Positions 20,737 through 32,500 of a stretch of 64,000 bases of DNA are shown here, in pieces. Position 1 is the first letter of the stretch. Every line of letters begins with the position of its first letter. The translations under genes were made by a program, and so were the position numbers. A model generated the notes under the pieces. The model saw only the letters and a program-made list of their open reading frames with translations. It ran no database searches and was not told the origin of the DNA. The stretch covers positions 64,001-128,000 of the forward strand of contig CBDDDG010000002.1 in the NCBI GenBank assembly GCA_965226555.1, in the 5' to 3' direction. The stretch comes from Salinispira sp. (GTDB lineage: Bacteria; Spirochaetota; Spirochaetia; DSM-27196; Salinispiraceae).

Positions 20737-21342
20737 ATGAAAAAAGTGCTTATGTATTGTTTTGGTATGTTCATTCTCGTTTCTGTTTTTGCTTCATGCA
20801 GCTCGGTGAGAGTAGTTCGTACCGACACAGACACGGTTACCGATCTTTCCGGTCGGTGGAACGATACCGATTCACGGCTGGTTGCGGAGGAAATGATTGC
20901 CGACAGCCTTTCGCGCCCTTGGCTGGAGCAGTTTTACGCAAACGAAGACCGCCCGCCGGTAATAATTGTGGGAACCATCCGCAACCGCTCCAGTGAGCAC
21001 ATCGGCACCCAGGTTTTTACAAAAGATATTGAGCGCGAGTTCGTCAACTCTGGACAAGTCGCGCTTGTTGCCAGCACGGAAGAGCGTGGAGAGATTCGCG
21101 AAGAACGGGCGGATCAGCAAAGCGAATCGAGTTTTGAAACTTTGAAACGTATTGGGCAGGAAACCGGCGCGGACTATATGATGATCGGCACAATATCTTC
21201 CATTATCGATCAGGTAGATAATGTGCAGGCAATATTGTATCAGGTTGATATGGAACTCATACATATTGAAAGCAATGTGAAGGCATGGATTGGAAGTAAG
21301 GAAATCACGAAGGTTATTGAGTGGGGTAATGTGAAATTCTGA
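20737..21342 (+). CDS. lpoB: Penicillin-binding protein activator LpoB-family lipoprotein
   Basis: Lipobox FASC, DLSGRWNDTD, IRNRSSEHI, GADYMMIGTI. Confidence 0.75.
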   Translation: MKKVLMYCFGMFILVSVFASCSSVRVVRTDTDTVTDLSGRWNDTDSRLVAEEMIADSLSRPWLEQFYANEDRPPVIIVGTIRNRSSEHIGTQVFTKDIEREFVNSGQVALVASTEERGEIREERADQQSESSFETLKRIGQETGADYMMIGTISSIIDQVDNVQAILYQVDMELIHIESNVKAWIGSKEITKVIEWGNVKF

Positions 21343-21394
21343 GCGGACATTTTCGGAATTGTGCGAGCATTGCGGGCTGAACGATTGCGCGGAA

Positions 21395-22666
21395 TTATGC
21401 GCTTTCTTTAGTGTCGACATATTGATCAGAAATAATCTGAAGCTGATCATATATTTCAAAGAAAATATCTATAAGATCCGGATCAAACTTTATGCCCGAA
21501 AGTTTTCGAAGTTCTGCAAGTACATCGTCTTCTGACCATGCCTTCTTATACACCCGCTGCGATCGCAGGGCATCGTATACATCGGCAATTGCAACAATTC
21601 TTCCAAACAGCGGTATTTCCTCGCCCTTTTTTCCGAGCGCTTTTCCGTGGCTATCTTTCTTCAGCGCTATGCCGGTTGCCGGATCAATGTGCCCGGGATA
21701 CCCGGTACCATCCCAATTTTCATGATGCGTCAATGCCACATCGCGGGCCGCTAAATCGAAGGCAGATCCCGATTTATCAAAAAGATTTGAACCAATTTGG
21801 GTGTGCGTTTTCATAATATCGTATTCATCTTCACTGAATTTACCGGGTTTTTTGAGAATGAGATCTGAAATTCCCACCTTCCCAACATCATGCAGCATGG
21901 AAGACATACGAAAAATATCCCGCTCCTCATTACGCTTATCTTCGGGAATACCCATTTTAAAGGCCCAGCGGTCATAAATTTCCAGCGAATACCCGGCAAC
22001 ACGGTTTACGTGGGGTCCCGTTTCCTTGGGGTCGCGAAGTTCGGCCATTTGTACCATCCGCTGAATAATTGCTCTGGTCAAATATGCCCGTTCAAGCGCA
22101 ATAGTTGCGCTGTTGGCAAAATGCCCAATAAGCTGCTCATCTTCTTGGTCGAAGGCAACTATTGTTCCATCGGGCTTCTTTTTGTTGATGATCTGGAGTA
22201 TTCCCATACATATGTCTGCGGAACTAATAAGAGGAATTGTGAACATGGACTTTGTATAGTAGTTGGAATCCTTATCGTATTGGGTATTATGAGAATAGGG
22301 CGCATTACTGGGAATTTCGTACGCATTGGGAATGTTCAGCGGTTTTTCTACTACTGCCACATAGCCTGCAATTGTCGACTTATCAATGGGAAGTGTAAAG
22401 AATTTGTAGATCAGCTTCTGACCGGGTACAAGTTCTTTTTCTTTTGTATCGTTCTGCGCGTATTTTATCTTGAGAGAATCGTTATTTTTAATGTAAATTG
22501 ATCCCGCATCGGCGCCTGTTATCTGGCGGGCATAGGAAAGTATCCGCTCAAGAAGAATATCCTGGTCCTGAATCTTGTGTAATTCAGAATCCAAACTCAT
22601 AACTTGCCGCATTCTATCGTTATTATCTTTAGAAAAAATCATATACTCTAGTGTATACCAATCCAC
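21395..22666 (-). CDS. GAF + HD-GYP domain c-di-GMP phosphodiesterase
   Basis: GAF domain (ADAGSIY, IAGYVA, YYTKSMFTIPL), ETGPHVNRV, LHDVGK, HHENWDGTGYP, IADVYDAL. Confidence 0.9.
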   Translation of the reverse strand: MDWYTLEYMIFSKDNNDRMRQVMSLDSELHKIQDQDILLERILSYARQITGADAGSIYIKNNDSLKIKYAQNDTKEKELVPGQKLIYKFFTLPIDKSTIAGYVAVVEKPLNIPNAYEIPSNAPYSHNTQYDKDSNYYTKSMFTIPLISSADICMGILQIINKKKPDGTIVAFDQEDEQLIGHFANSATIALERAYLTRAIIQRMVQMAELRDPKETGPHVNRVAGYSLEIYDRWAFKMGIPEDKRNEERDIFRMSSMLHDVGKVGISDLILKKPGKFSEDEYDIMKTHTQIGSNLFDKSGSAFDLAARDVALTHHENWDGTGYPGHIDPATGIALKKDSHGKALGKKGEEIPLFGRIVAIADVYDALRSQRVYKKAWSEDDVLAELRKLSGIKFDPDLIDIFFEIYDQLQIISDQYVDTKESA

Positions 22667-22837
22667 AGGAAAATATCAAGAAACTTTTGCATAAAGCAAT
22701 GGGAAGGGTAATTTTCCAATTTTTAATCTTACTGAGAATTATACCTGAGCATAGTCTCTTTTGCAAGCAGTAATGAGCATACCCTGCGAAAATCCACTTA
22801 TGCGCTGTACAATTCTCATTATATGGGAGGGGACTAT

Positions 22838-22909
22838 GTGAAAGGTCGGCAGGAAGGACTGCGGACAGGCCGTGAAGAAGGCATTCAAGGAGCTGCCCGC
22901 AGTAATTGA
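22838..22909 (+). other. Orphan Rpn C-terminal repeat fragment / 23-aa mini-ORF
   Basis: GGAGGG, then gtg aaa ggt cgg cag gaa gga ctg cgg aca ggc cgt gaa gaa ggc att...tga = MKGRQEGLRTGREEGIQGAARSN. Confidence 0.6.
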
Positions 22910-23023
22910 CGAAAACCTCCATTACCCACTTTACACTACTGAATATATAGTAATAACATTGCTCACTTGTTGTAGGAGAAAACATTACAAAATGCAAACC
23001 TTTCTCCACAAGGGAGATTTTTT

Positions 23024-24427
23024 ATGTCTGTAAAAGATATTTTGAATATGATAAAATCGGAAAACATTGAATATCTGGATCTTCAGTTTGGCGATATGTT
23101 CGGCATGCTCCAGCATACGACCTTCGTTGCAAAAAATACGAGCGAAGGCCTGCTCACCGAGGGAATTCCCTTCGACGGATCCAGTATTCGCGCGTGGAAG
23201 ACCATCGACAAGTCCGATATGCTGTTTATGCCCGATGTACATTCAGCCTTCATTGATCCGTTCCGAGAACGGAAAACTCTGGTGCTTTTTGGCGATATTT
23301 ACGAACCCCGCACGGGAGAACGCTATGAACGGGCGCCGCGGAACATTGCCAACCGCGCCGCCGAATACATGAAAAGCCTCGGCATCGGCGATGAAATATT
23401 CTTTGGGCCGGAACCGGAATTCTTTATCTTCGATTCTGTGCGGATAGAAAACTCGGCGAACCTGAGTTTTTTTGAAGTCGAAACAGAAGAGGGGCCATGG
23501 ACCTCGGGCGCTGAAGGACTGAACCTCGGGCACAAGATTCGGCATAAAATGGGATACTTTCCGGCAACTCCGCAGGACACTCTCATGGATCTGCGAAACG
23601 ATATTGTCGCCAATATGGAAAAAATGGGCATAACTGTTTACCTGCATCACCATGAGGTTGCCACCGCGCAGGGCGAAATTGGAATAAAATTTGGCGATAT
23701 TATAACTGCCGGCGATATCGTTCATAAATACAAATATGCGGTTAAAAATACTGCCTACCGATACGGAAAAACTGCCACCTTCATGCCCAAGCCCATGTTT
23801 GGCGATAACGGCTCCGGAATGCATGTGCACACATCCATCTGGAAAGATGGAAAAAATACCTTTGCCGGCGACAACTACGCCAACCTTTCCGAGAACGCGC
23901 TCTACGCCATCGGCGGACTCCTCAAACATGGACGGGAAATTCAGGCCTTTACCAACCCAACCGGCAACAGCTATCGGCGGCTGGTTCCGGGCTACGAAGC
24001 GCCCGTTAAACTGGCCTACTCGGCAACTAACCGCTCGGCTGCTGTCCGTGTTCCGTATGTAACCGATGAAAAATCGCGCCGCTTTGAGTTTCGCTGCGGC
24101 GATGCGGCCGGCTCTCCATATTTGAATTTCGCAGCCATGACCATGGCAATGATTGACGGAATAAAAAACAAAATTGATCCGGGTTCTGCGCTCGACAAGA
24201 ACATTTACGATCTCCCGCCTCAGGAAGCCAAGGCAATTCCCTCAACCTGCGCAACTCAGGAAGAAGCAATTCACGAGATGATGTCCAACAAAACATGGCT
24301 TACCGCAGGCGATGTTTTCGATGAGAATTTCATTCAGGCCTATACGGATTACCGCCTTACGGAAGAAGTCGAAATTCAGAAGCTCCAACCCACCCCCGTG
24401 GAATTTGAGCTCTACTACGACGTCTGA
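23024..24427 (+). CDS. glnA: Glutamine synthetase type I
   Basis: FDGSSI, HHHEVA, TFMPKPMFGDNGSGMHVH, RLVPGYEAP, NRSAAVRVP; adenylylation-site motif NIYDLP. Confidence 0.97.
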   Translation: MSVKDILNMIKSENIEYLDLQFGDMFGMLQHTTFVAKNTSEGLLTEGIPFDGSSIRAWKTIDKSDMLFMPDVHSAFIDPFRERKTLVLFGDIYEPRTGERYERAPRNIANRAAEYMKSLGIGDEIFFGPEPEFFIFDSVRIENSANLSFFEVETEEGPWTSGAEGLNLGHKIRHKMGYFPATPQDTLMDLRNDIVANMEKMGITVYLHHHEVATAQGEIGIKFGDIITAGDIVHKYKYAVKNTAYRYGKTATFMPKPMFGDNGSGMHVHTSIWKDGKNTFAGDNYANLSENALYAIGGLLKHGREIQAFTNPTGNSYRRLVPGYEAPVKLAYSATNRSAAVRVPYVTDEKSRRFEFRCGDAAGSPYLNFAAMTMAMIDGIKNKIDPGSALDKNIYDLPPQEAKAIPSTCATQEEAIHEMMSNKTWLTAGDVFDENFIQAYTDYRLTEEVEIQKLQPTPVEFELYYDV

Positions 24428-24810
24428 ATGTAAAGCAGTGCTATCATTATGAAATGAGATATTGATGAAAGTGACTTACAAAGACATACAAGCCGAATAA
24501 AGTGATGTTGGATTTGGGCGCAATTAAACCGAAAAAGCTTTAAGCAAACGAGTAGAAAACACCGGAAATCGGGGGCGCAGAACAAAAACGTATGCAAAAA
24601 TGGGCAGATGGATTGACATACACGAATTTTTGGATGATACTGGATCACAGTGGATCTTAAAAAATGCTATTTCCGCGATGCAGTGGGAAATAGCCGTGTT
24701 TCCAGAGCTTCCCTATTCACATCGGTATTCCGCTGCCTCAAAAGATCCAGCGGAGTCCCTTTGCGGTAGGTGTTGAACCTCCGGTAATTGAAAACTATCT
24801 GATACTCCTC

Positions 24811-24870
24811 TTTCCAAGGCAAAACTTTCTATAAAATAGGAGAATGCTAAGCACAAAAAAAGCATTCCTG
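24811..24870. repeat. Partial composite palindromic element
   Basis: ggcaaaactttctataaaataggagaatgctaagcacaaa..agcattcc matches the reverse complement of 52478-52530. Confidence 0.65.
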
Positions 24871-24905
24871 ACGGACGCATGGGCGCGCAGGCCGAGCAGC
24901 GTCAA

Positions 24906-26102
24906 TTAATGCGATCCGTTCCGCAATGTCCGCATTTCCTCATCGCTCAGCCCGGTAATTCTCTGAACAGCCTCGGTCGACAAGCCTTCCAAAAACATAC
25001 TGCGGGCGTTTTTTCTCCGTTCCTCAATATGCCCCTCCGCGCGGCCTTCCTGTCGACCTGTTCGCAGTCCTGTCTGAAGTCCTTCTTCACGACCTGTTCG
25101 CAGTCCTTCCTGCCGACCTGTCTGCAATCCTTCTTCACGACCTGTTTGCAGTCCTTCCTGTCGACCTGTCTGCAATCCTGTCTGAAGTCCTTCTTCACGA
25201 CCTGTCTGTAATCCTGTCTGAAGTCCTTCCTGCCGACCTGCCTGTAGCCCCTTCTGAAGTCCTTCTTCACGTCCTTCCTGCCGACCCATTTCCGCAATGC
25301 GCGCTTTGAATGTTTCCGCATTCATTCTGAACATTTTTGCTACCTCCTTACCTCTCGGTTCTTTTGTTCTTTCTAACTGGTTCATTAGCGTGTCAAAGTC
25401 TATAACAATTCCGAACATCGAATCTATCACGCCGATAAATTCCTCTATCAGCTCCAGCGATTCCTCATTCAGCATTTCTGCTATCGCTTTCTCTACTATC
25501 TGAATGTCCCAATCCGTATTCAGCAGATTTTTCGAGTACAGATCAAGGTACATAACAGCCGCAAACATTCTTCCCCGCTGCTGCAACTGCTCCGCAGAAT
25601 AATCGTTCTCACTTATCAGATCGTAGGGAAAGGGGGCAAGATACTGCGGGAATTCCCGCGTGTTCCGCTCTCTGACATTCCCCGGCACCTTCCATTTTCG
25701 CGTACCATTATAGAACACAATGGGCAGAAATACCAATTCGCAGTCATCGGGAATTGCACCGGAGCGGTGAATGTTCCGATAGAGAAGGTTTGTGTACTCT
25801 GACATGCGGAGGGGCATGTCTTTGTCCACTCCAGACTGATGCTCAAGGAGCACATAGATAGCAACATCTCCCGTATGATCCCGACTTCTGATTTTGCAGA
25901 CGATGTCGGCCATTCGTGTTTTCGCATGGTCAATGAAAAAGGTACCGTTTTCGATGGTTATATCCTCGATTCGCAATTTTTTCGTCCATGCGCCTCCGAC
26001 AAAGCGTTGAAGAAATTGGAGCATTATTGCGGGTTGGAACAGCAGGGAGCGGTAGCCTTGGTCGTAGGGAACGGGGGCGGGTTTTTCTTTGAAATCGATC
26101 AT
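24906..26102 (-). CDS. Rpn subfamily A, copy 4 (398 aa)
   Basis: Paralog with the longest 4-aa repeat tract. Confidence 0.9.
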   Translation of the reverse strand: MIDFKEKPAPVPYDQGYRSLLFQPAIMLQFLQRFVGGAWTKKLRIEDITIENGTFFIDHAKTRMADIVCKIRSRDHTGDVAIYVLLEHQSGVDKDMPLRMSEYTNLLYRNIHRSGAIPDDCELVFLPIVFYNGTRKWKVPGNVRERNTREFPQYLAPFPYDLISENDYSAEQLQQRGRMFAAVMYLDLYSKNLLNTDWDIQIVEKAIAEMLNEESLELIEEFIGVIDSMFGIVIDFDTLMNQLERTKEPRGKEVAKMFRMNAETFKARIAEMGRQEGREEGLQKGLQAGRQEGLQTGLQTGREEGLQTGLQTGRQEGLQTGREEGLQTGRQEGLRTGREEGLQTGLRTGRQEGRAEGHIEERRKNARSMFLEGLSTEAVQRITGLSDEEMRTLRNGSH

Positions 26103-26584
26103 ATAATTCCTCCTGAACGAAAGTTTTGCTACTGGAAATTGTGCTTGCACAATTTTCCAATGCAAAAATTTCTGAACGTTTCTTTCTGAATAGGGGAGCT
26201 CCCATGGCGACATGGTCCCATGGTGAATTCTCCCCTCTATATATGTGACGGGTAAACTGTCATTTTTGACTATGTATGTGGAAAGAATTTTGCAAAATGT
26301 GTGATTTTTTTTGGGGCTACGGGAGGGGAGGGCGCTGAAATGCGGGTTAGTGGACGGGAAGGGGTGCGCGTCTATGGCGATATCCGACTGACTGGCGTAA
26401 GCGATAGCCCGAAAATTGAGCTGCGTGGGTCAGCGTGGTGCCATACCGATATAATCTTTTTCCATACCATATAGACGGGTAAAATATGACCGGTGAATAT
26501 GAGAAATTTTTTGCAGAAAATTTCTATTATTTTGGGATATTGACCTGAACCCGCCGCATGGGCGCGCAGGCCGAGCAACGTCAA

Positions 26585-27757
26585 TTAATGCGATCCGTTC
26601 CGCAATGCCCGCATTTCCTCATCGCTCAGCCCGGTAATTCTCTGAACAGCCTCGGTCGACAACCCTTCCAAAAACATACTGCGGGCCGTTTCTCGAATGC
26701 CTTCCTGCCGACCTGTCTGCAGTCCTTCCTGCCGACCTGTTCGCAGTCCTTCCTGCCGACCTGTCTGTAGTCCTTCCTGCCGACCTGTTCGCAGTCCTGT
26801 CTGAAGTCCTTCCTGCCGACCTGTCCGCAGTCCTTCCTGCCGACCTGTCTGAAGTCCTGTCTGAAGTCCTTCCTGCAATCCTTCTTCACGACCTTCCTGT
26901 CGACCTGTTTGCAATCCTGTCTGAAGTCCTTCCTGCCGACCCATCTCCGCAATGTGAGCTCTGAATGTTTCCGCATTCATTCTGAACATTTTCGCTACCT
27001 CCTTACCTCTCGGTTCTTTTGTTCTTTGTAATTGGTTCATTAGCGTGTCAAAGTCTATAACAATTCCGAACATCGAATCTACCACGCCGATAAATTCCTT
27101 TATCAGCTCCAGCGATTCCTCATTCAGCATTTCTGCTATCGCTTTCTCTACTATCCGAATGTCCCAATCCGTATTCAGCAGATTTTTCGAGTACAGATCA
27201 AGGTACATAACAGCCGCAAACATTCTTCCCCGCTGCTGCAACTGCTCCGCAGAATAATCGCTCTCGTTAATAAGATCGTAAGGAAAGGGAGCAAGATACT
27301 GCGGGAATTCCCGCTTCCGTTGCTCTCTGACGTTCCCGGGCACCTTCCATTTTCGCGTTCCATTATAGAACACAATGGGCAGAAATATCAATTCGCAGTC
27401 ATCGGGAATTGCGCCGGAGCGGTGAATGTTCCGATAGAGCAGATTCGTATATTCTGACATGCGGAGGGGCATGTCTTTGTCCACTCCAGACTGATGCTCA
27501 AGGAGCACATAGATAGCAACATCTCCCGTATGATCCCGACTTCTGATTTTGCAGACGATGTCGGCCATTCGTGTTTTCGCATGGTCAATGAAAAAGGTAC
27601 CGTTTTTGATGGTTATATCCTCGATTCGCAATTTTTTCGTCCATGCGCCTCCGACAAAGCGTTGCAGAAATTGGAGCATTATTGCGGGTTGGAACAGCAG
27701 AGAGCGGTAGCCTTGGTCGTAGGGAACGGGGGCGGGTTTTTCTTTGAAATCGATCAT
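26585..27757 (-). CDS. Rpn subfamily A, copy 5 (390 aa)
   Basis: Paralog; chimeric junction GIRETARSMFLEG. Confidence 0.9.
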   Translation of the reverse strand: MIDFKEKPAPVPYDQGYRSLLFQPAIMLQFLQRFVGGAWTKKLRIEDITIKNGTFFIDHAKTRMADIVCKIRSRDHTGDVAIYVLLEHQSGVDKDMPLRMSEYTNLLYRNIHRSGAIPDDCELIFLPIVFYNGTRKWKVPGNVREQRKREFPQYLAPFPYDLINESDYSAEQLQQRGRMFAAVMYLDLYSKNLLNTDWDIRIVEKAIAEMLNEESLELIKEFIGVVDSMFGIVIDFDTLMNQLQRTKEPRGKEVAKMFRMNAETFRAHIAEMGRQEGLQTGLQTGRQEGREEGLQEGLQTGLQTGRQEGLRTGRQEGLQTGLRTGRQEGLQTGRQEGLRTGRQEGLQTGRQEGIRETARSMFLEGLSTEAVQRITGLSDEEMRALRNGSH

Positions 27758-27907
27758 ACAATCCTCCTGAAGGTTTTTTTGAACGTTTCTTTCTGAATAG
27801 GGGAGCTCCCATGGCGACATGGTCCCATGGTGAATTCTCTCCTCTATAATCTGTGACGGGTAAACGGTCATTTTTGACTATGTTTTTTGAGAAAATTTGA
27901 AAAAAGT

Positions 27908-27936
27908 TTGCATTTTGTAAAACTTTGTGGTATTAT
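27908..27936 (+). promoter_or_regulatory. Putative sigma70 promoter within a short palindrome (lipoprotein copy 3)
   Basis: TTGCAT-17 nt-TATTAT with extended TG; -35 and spacer lie in aaagtttgcattttgtaaaacttt. Confidence 0.6.
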
Positions 27937-28009
27937 TCAGTAACCGCAGAAATAATGGCGGACGCCGTCAGATTTTTTCTGAGGAAAAATTACCTTGGAG
28001 GTAACATAT

Positions 28010-29566
28010 ATGAAAATTATGTCATACAGAGGAATAACTCTTTTCACTTTCTGTGCAATGGTTATTGTGTTGATGGCGGGGTGTCCGATGCTAACCGCGC
28101 CGCCTGCCATGTATTCTCCAACTCTCACAGCGGGAAGCGAACAGCTTACCGCATTGTGGGTTGATCCGACTACATGGAATTGGGGGGAAAACAACGCAGG
28201 AAACGCCATTACCGCGTACAACCTGCGCTATGGTGAAGTCGGTAGCGAGGGCTGGACGGAGATTATCTCCGGTATTACCGGCGCAAGCCACACCATTACC
28301 GACCTGACAAACGGCGTCAATTATGCTGTGCAGGTACGCGCCGTCAACGCGCAGGGCACCGGCGGCTGGTCGGCATCTGCCACGGCAACACCTATTGCGC
28401 CAACTGCGCCCCCTGCCCCGCCGGGTACCATGGCTGCCCCAACCCTTTATGCGGGAACTGGGCGGCTCGTTGCGACATGGACTGCGCCAATCGATAACGG
28501 CAGCAGCCCCATTACCGGGTATGAATTGCAATATCGCACAGGCGGCGGAGCATGGACACAAATTACCGAAGGCATCACCGGTACAGACCACAGCATTACG
28601 GGACTGACAAACGGCTCCCCCTACCAAGTACAGGTGAGCGCCGTCAATGCGGTTGGCGATGGCCCATGGTCTCCATTTACAATAGGAAGGCCGCAAAGGA
28701 CACAGACTCCTGTGGGTACGGCAAGGGTTGTAAGCCTTTCAGATGCCGTTAATGTTATTATTGCCAGTGAGAACCTCAGCATTTATTTGACCACGGTAGA
28801 GTCTGGCACGTACGCGGTCGATGAATCGGGAAACATTACGGTAACCCCCGCAACGACGCCCGATGGGGTCACCATTCCGACAGTTAATGCGAATACTGGA
28901 ATTGTTACGGTTACCGCAGGTACAACGGCAGGAACATATCTGGTATATGGTGAAACAGAAAGCGGCGACAAACTCTTTGCCGAATATTTCTATGTTACCG
29001 TGCGTCCTCACGATGGCGATGGTACTGGTGTTACTGATAATGATGGTGATGGCGGTAACGATGAACTGGACGCCGCGGTAGCTACGGGGATAACCACTTG
29101 GGGACAAACTGCCGACCTCAACTACATTGTTACCGCGGCAGTAACGGATATGTCCTTGATGTTCAATAACAACAGCGTATTCAATGGCGATATCTCCGGT
29201 TGGGATGTCAGCTCGGTAACGAATATCTCCGCAATCTTCAGTTTCACAGACGCATTCAATGGCGATATCTCTGCTTGGGATGTCAGTTCGGTAATGAATA
29301 TGTCCCAGGCTTTCCAGCAAGCAAGAGCATTTAATCGTGATATCTCAGCTTGGGAGCCTGCCGCGGTAACGAATATGAACAGGATGTTCAAGGACACAGG
29401 CACATTCAATCAAGATCTTGAGGAATGGAAGGATCATTTGACACTTGATGCCAATGGCAAATTTACCGGAAACAAAACAAATATGTTTAGGGATTCCGGT
29501 TTAGATTCGAATCCGAATACTAATGATGATAGTGGGCCTCAACCGAATTATCCGTCATGGTATTAG
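28010..29566 (+). CDS. FN3 + BspA/DUF285 lipoprotein copy 3 (intact)
   Basis: GGAGG RBS, MKIMSYRG...LMAGC lipobox, two FN3 domains, DUF285 repeats, PSWY end. Confidence 0.9.
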   Translation: MKIMSYRGITLFTFCAMVIVLMAGCPMLTAPPAMYSPTLTAGSEQLTALWVDPTTWNWGENNAGNAITAYNLRYGEVGSEGWTEIISGITGASHTITDLTNGVNYAVQVRAVNAQGTGGWSASATATPIAPTAPPAPPGTMAAPTLYAGTGRLVATWTAPIDNGSSPITGYELQYRTGGGAWTQITEGITGTDHSITGLTNGSPYQVQVSAVNAVGDGPWSPFTIGRPQRTQTPVGTARVVSLSDAVNVIIASENLSIYLTTVESGTYAVDESGNITVTPATTPDGVTIPTVNANTGIVTVTAGTTAGTYLVYGETESGDKLFAEYFYVTVRPHDGDGTGVTDNDGDGGNDELDAAVATGITTWGQTADLNYIVTAAVTDMSLMFNNNSVFNGDISGWDVSSVTNISAIFSFTDAFNGDISAWDVSSVMNMSQAFQQARAFNRDISAWEPAAVTNMNRMFKDTGTFNQDLEEWKDHLTLDANGKFTGNKTNMFRDSGLDSNPNTNDDSGPQPNYPSWY

Positions 29567-29593
29567 TTTCATTCCCGCAGCGTCAGGACGATC

Positions 29594-32500
29594 TCAGGTA
29601 TCGGTAGCAAAAAGTCCCCGGTACATGCCGTTAACTTCTTTGAGGACACTTCGCAGATAGCGGATAAACTTTCCGGCGCTCCACTGGGGCTGAACACATC
29701 GGATAAGCTTGAGAAATGCCTGCTCGGTTTCGGGCAGGCAGTGGAGTTGTCTGTTATCGGCAAGCTGAAGATAATGCTCAATTCTGCGTAAAAAGCGGTA
29801 GTATTCGGAGAGTTTTTCCGATGTTTCATACGATATTATGCTCTTCGAAGCGAGAAGATAGAGTCCGCGCAGCGTGTTGCCAACGAAAATATCGGGAAAG
29901 CCGATGCTATGTATCATCTGCTGTGCCTGAAGGAAGAACTCAATATCCCGAATTCCGCCATGATCATTCTTAATGTCGAAATTATTGAGCCCCGTAATAT
30001 CCAATGCACCGCGCGCCCCGGCGCTCGGCTTCAGTCCCGGAGCTGACCCCATCGGCGCGCCCGCCGGAGCCGACCCCGCTCCAGTAACATGATGATCAAT
30101 GCTTCTTTGGCGCATGTCGGCAATTTCCTTCAGGGGATCATGGCGCGTCCATGTCTGTTCGAAAAGCCCCCGCAATTCTCCAAGAAATTCCTCGCCCAGT
30201 ATGAGATTCCCTGCAACCGGCTTTAGTTTAATAAGCGCCTGAAATTCCCAGGGAGAAGCAGTATTCCTGTAGTAATCGATAATTGACGGCAGCGATGAAA
30301 CCAATTCACCCGATGATCCATAGGGACGCAGGCGCATGTCCACTCTATATGCCTGTCCCTCCTTGGTAAATTCACTTAAATCCTGCACAAGATTCCGGAA
30401 CATTCTGGTGTAGGAGCGAAGTTCATTATCTTTACCGAGGCTCGGATCAGGACGGTAAATGCAGAGTAAATCGATATCGGAGCTGTAATTCAGCTCCCAT
30501 CCCCCCAGCTTCCCGAAGGCCAGCACGGAAACATTCTCCCTGCCGCCTCCCGCAGCCCCATCATCTTCCTGAGAAATAACCCAGCGGAGAGCAACCTCAA
30601 TACAGCTTCGGGCAAGGAAGGAAATTTCTCCCATAATTTCTTCAATTTTGACACCGAGCGCAATATCGCGCAGCCCAATGCGGAGCATCTCCTTTTTGCG
30701 GATACGGCGCAGCCGGTTGCGCCAATCTTCCCGACTGGCAGCGACACCCGCGGCAGTGAGGGCTTCTTCCATATCAATTTGTGTGCGGGGGCGCCGCACA
30801 ACAACGGGATCGGTTGCCCAGAGAAAAAAGCCGGGGTTTTGAATAAGAATGTCGGCAAGGAATTGTGAGCGGGCAAAAAGCTTAAACAGAATATCCATTC
30901 GTGCCGGCTTGCTCAGCAGCTGCCTAAAATGTTCGGCAGGATCATCGAGAGCAGTAACAAACTGTTCCCAATTATTCAGCGCCATGTCGGGATCGGCGCT
31001 CTGCGTTACCCGTTCCCAGGCAAGAATGAGGAGCGGGGTGAATTGTTCACGGGCATATTCGGTAATTTGCCGTATATTCGTATATGCCCGCCGAGGATTA
31101 TGAAATCCACAGGCGGTAAAAAATCCCATAACAGCCTCGGATTCCCGCGCAGCATCACCATCGCTGACACCGGCGCCATCACCATCACCATCGCTGACAC
31201 CGGCGCCATCACCATCACCATCGCTGACACCGGCGCCATCACCATCACCATCGCCGACACCGGCGCCATCACCATCACCCTGAACATCAACAAAATCTGC
31301 AAGAATAATATCTGCTATGCTGACATTCCGCGTGCCCGGAATGGCGCTGTGCCCCAAATGCCGTTCCACAAAGCGACGCACTCGGGCGCTGTGGGTTTCA
31401 AAATCGATACGGAGCTGCTCGCCCTCATTGAGGTTGCCCTGCTTTTTGTATCCCACACGGCGAGCCAGATGAAGGAATTCCCGGGTATTCCTGTCGGGGA
31501 GGAAGAGGTCCTCGGCATTCCCGCGCAGCATGCGCAGGCCATTGATAATGTTCCGATAAAAACGGTAGACATTGATCATTGCGGTGGTTTCTTCCCCGTC
31601 TATGGTGCCAAGTTCACTGAGCCCCCGCAGAGCATCATGAATGCCCGGTCCCCGGAGGCTTTTATGATTCCGGCCGTGAATGACCTGAAGAATCTGAACG
31701 TTGTACTCAAGGTCAACGAGTCCGCCCGGGCTGAATTTCACATTGATGGCCTGGTCTCGGTTTTTTTCCTGAATTTGCACATGCCGCATTTTTCTCAGCT
31801 CTGCAATGTCGATGCTGTCGCTCTCGTAGACAATATGATCCCTGAGCGCGACACACTGCGCGCCGAGTTCGGTGTTTCCCGCAATGTGCCGCATGCGTAC
31901 TAAGGCGAGCCGTTCCGCGCTGTGCGCCGCGCCGCCTGCCCGAAAATAGTTATTGAAGGCGCTTAATTTAACCGCCAGCGGTCCGTCGTTTCCATGAGGA
32001 CGAAGGCGGAGATCGAGCTGGAAAATTCCTTTTTTCTTCGCATTGATAAATCCTGCGGCTCTCTTGAAAAAATGGTTGAAAAAACTTCTATTGGAGATAG
32101 AATGCCTGCCGTCTGTCTCACCGTTGTCGGAAAATATGAACAGCAGTTCAAGGTCTGAGGCGTACCCCAGAGCGTTGCCGCCAAGTTTTCCTAGGCCAAA
32201 TACAGCCCATGCGGCAGGCAGGTCGCCGGCGGTACGGGGTTTGCCGTACTCGCTCACAACATCCGTCCATGCAATAGCGCAGGCATGGCGGAGCACAGCA
32301 TCAGCAAGAGCGCCAAGGCGCCGCGACAGAAAGAAAAAATCCTGATCCCGCATCATAATATGATCCATATCGATAAGAAAGCTCTCTCTATTCTTAAACT
32401 CGTTAAGGGCGCGCACCTTGTATTCAATTTCGGCTGCGCCGCTGCTGGTCGTTTTGCCGGTCGCTTTGCCGGTCGCTTTGCCGGTCGCTTTGCCGGTCGC

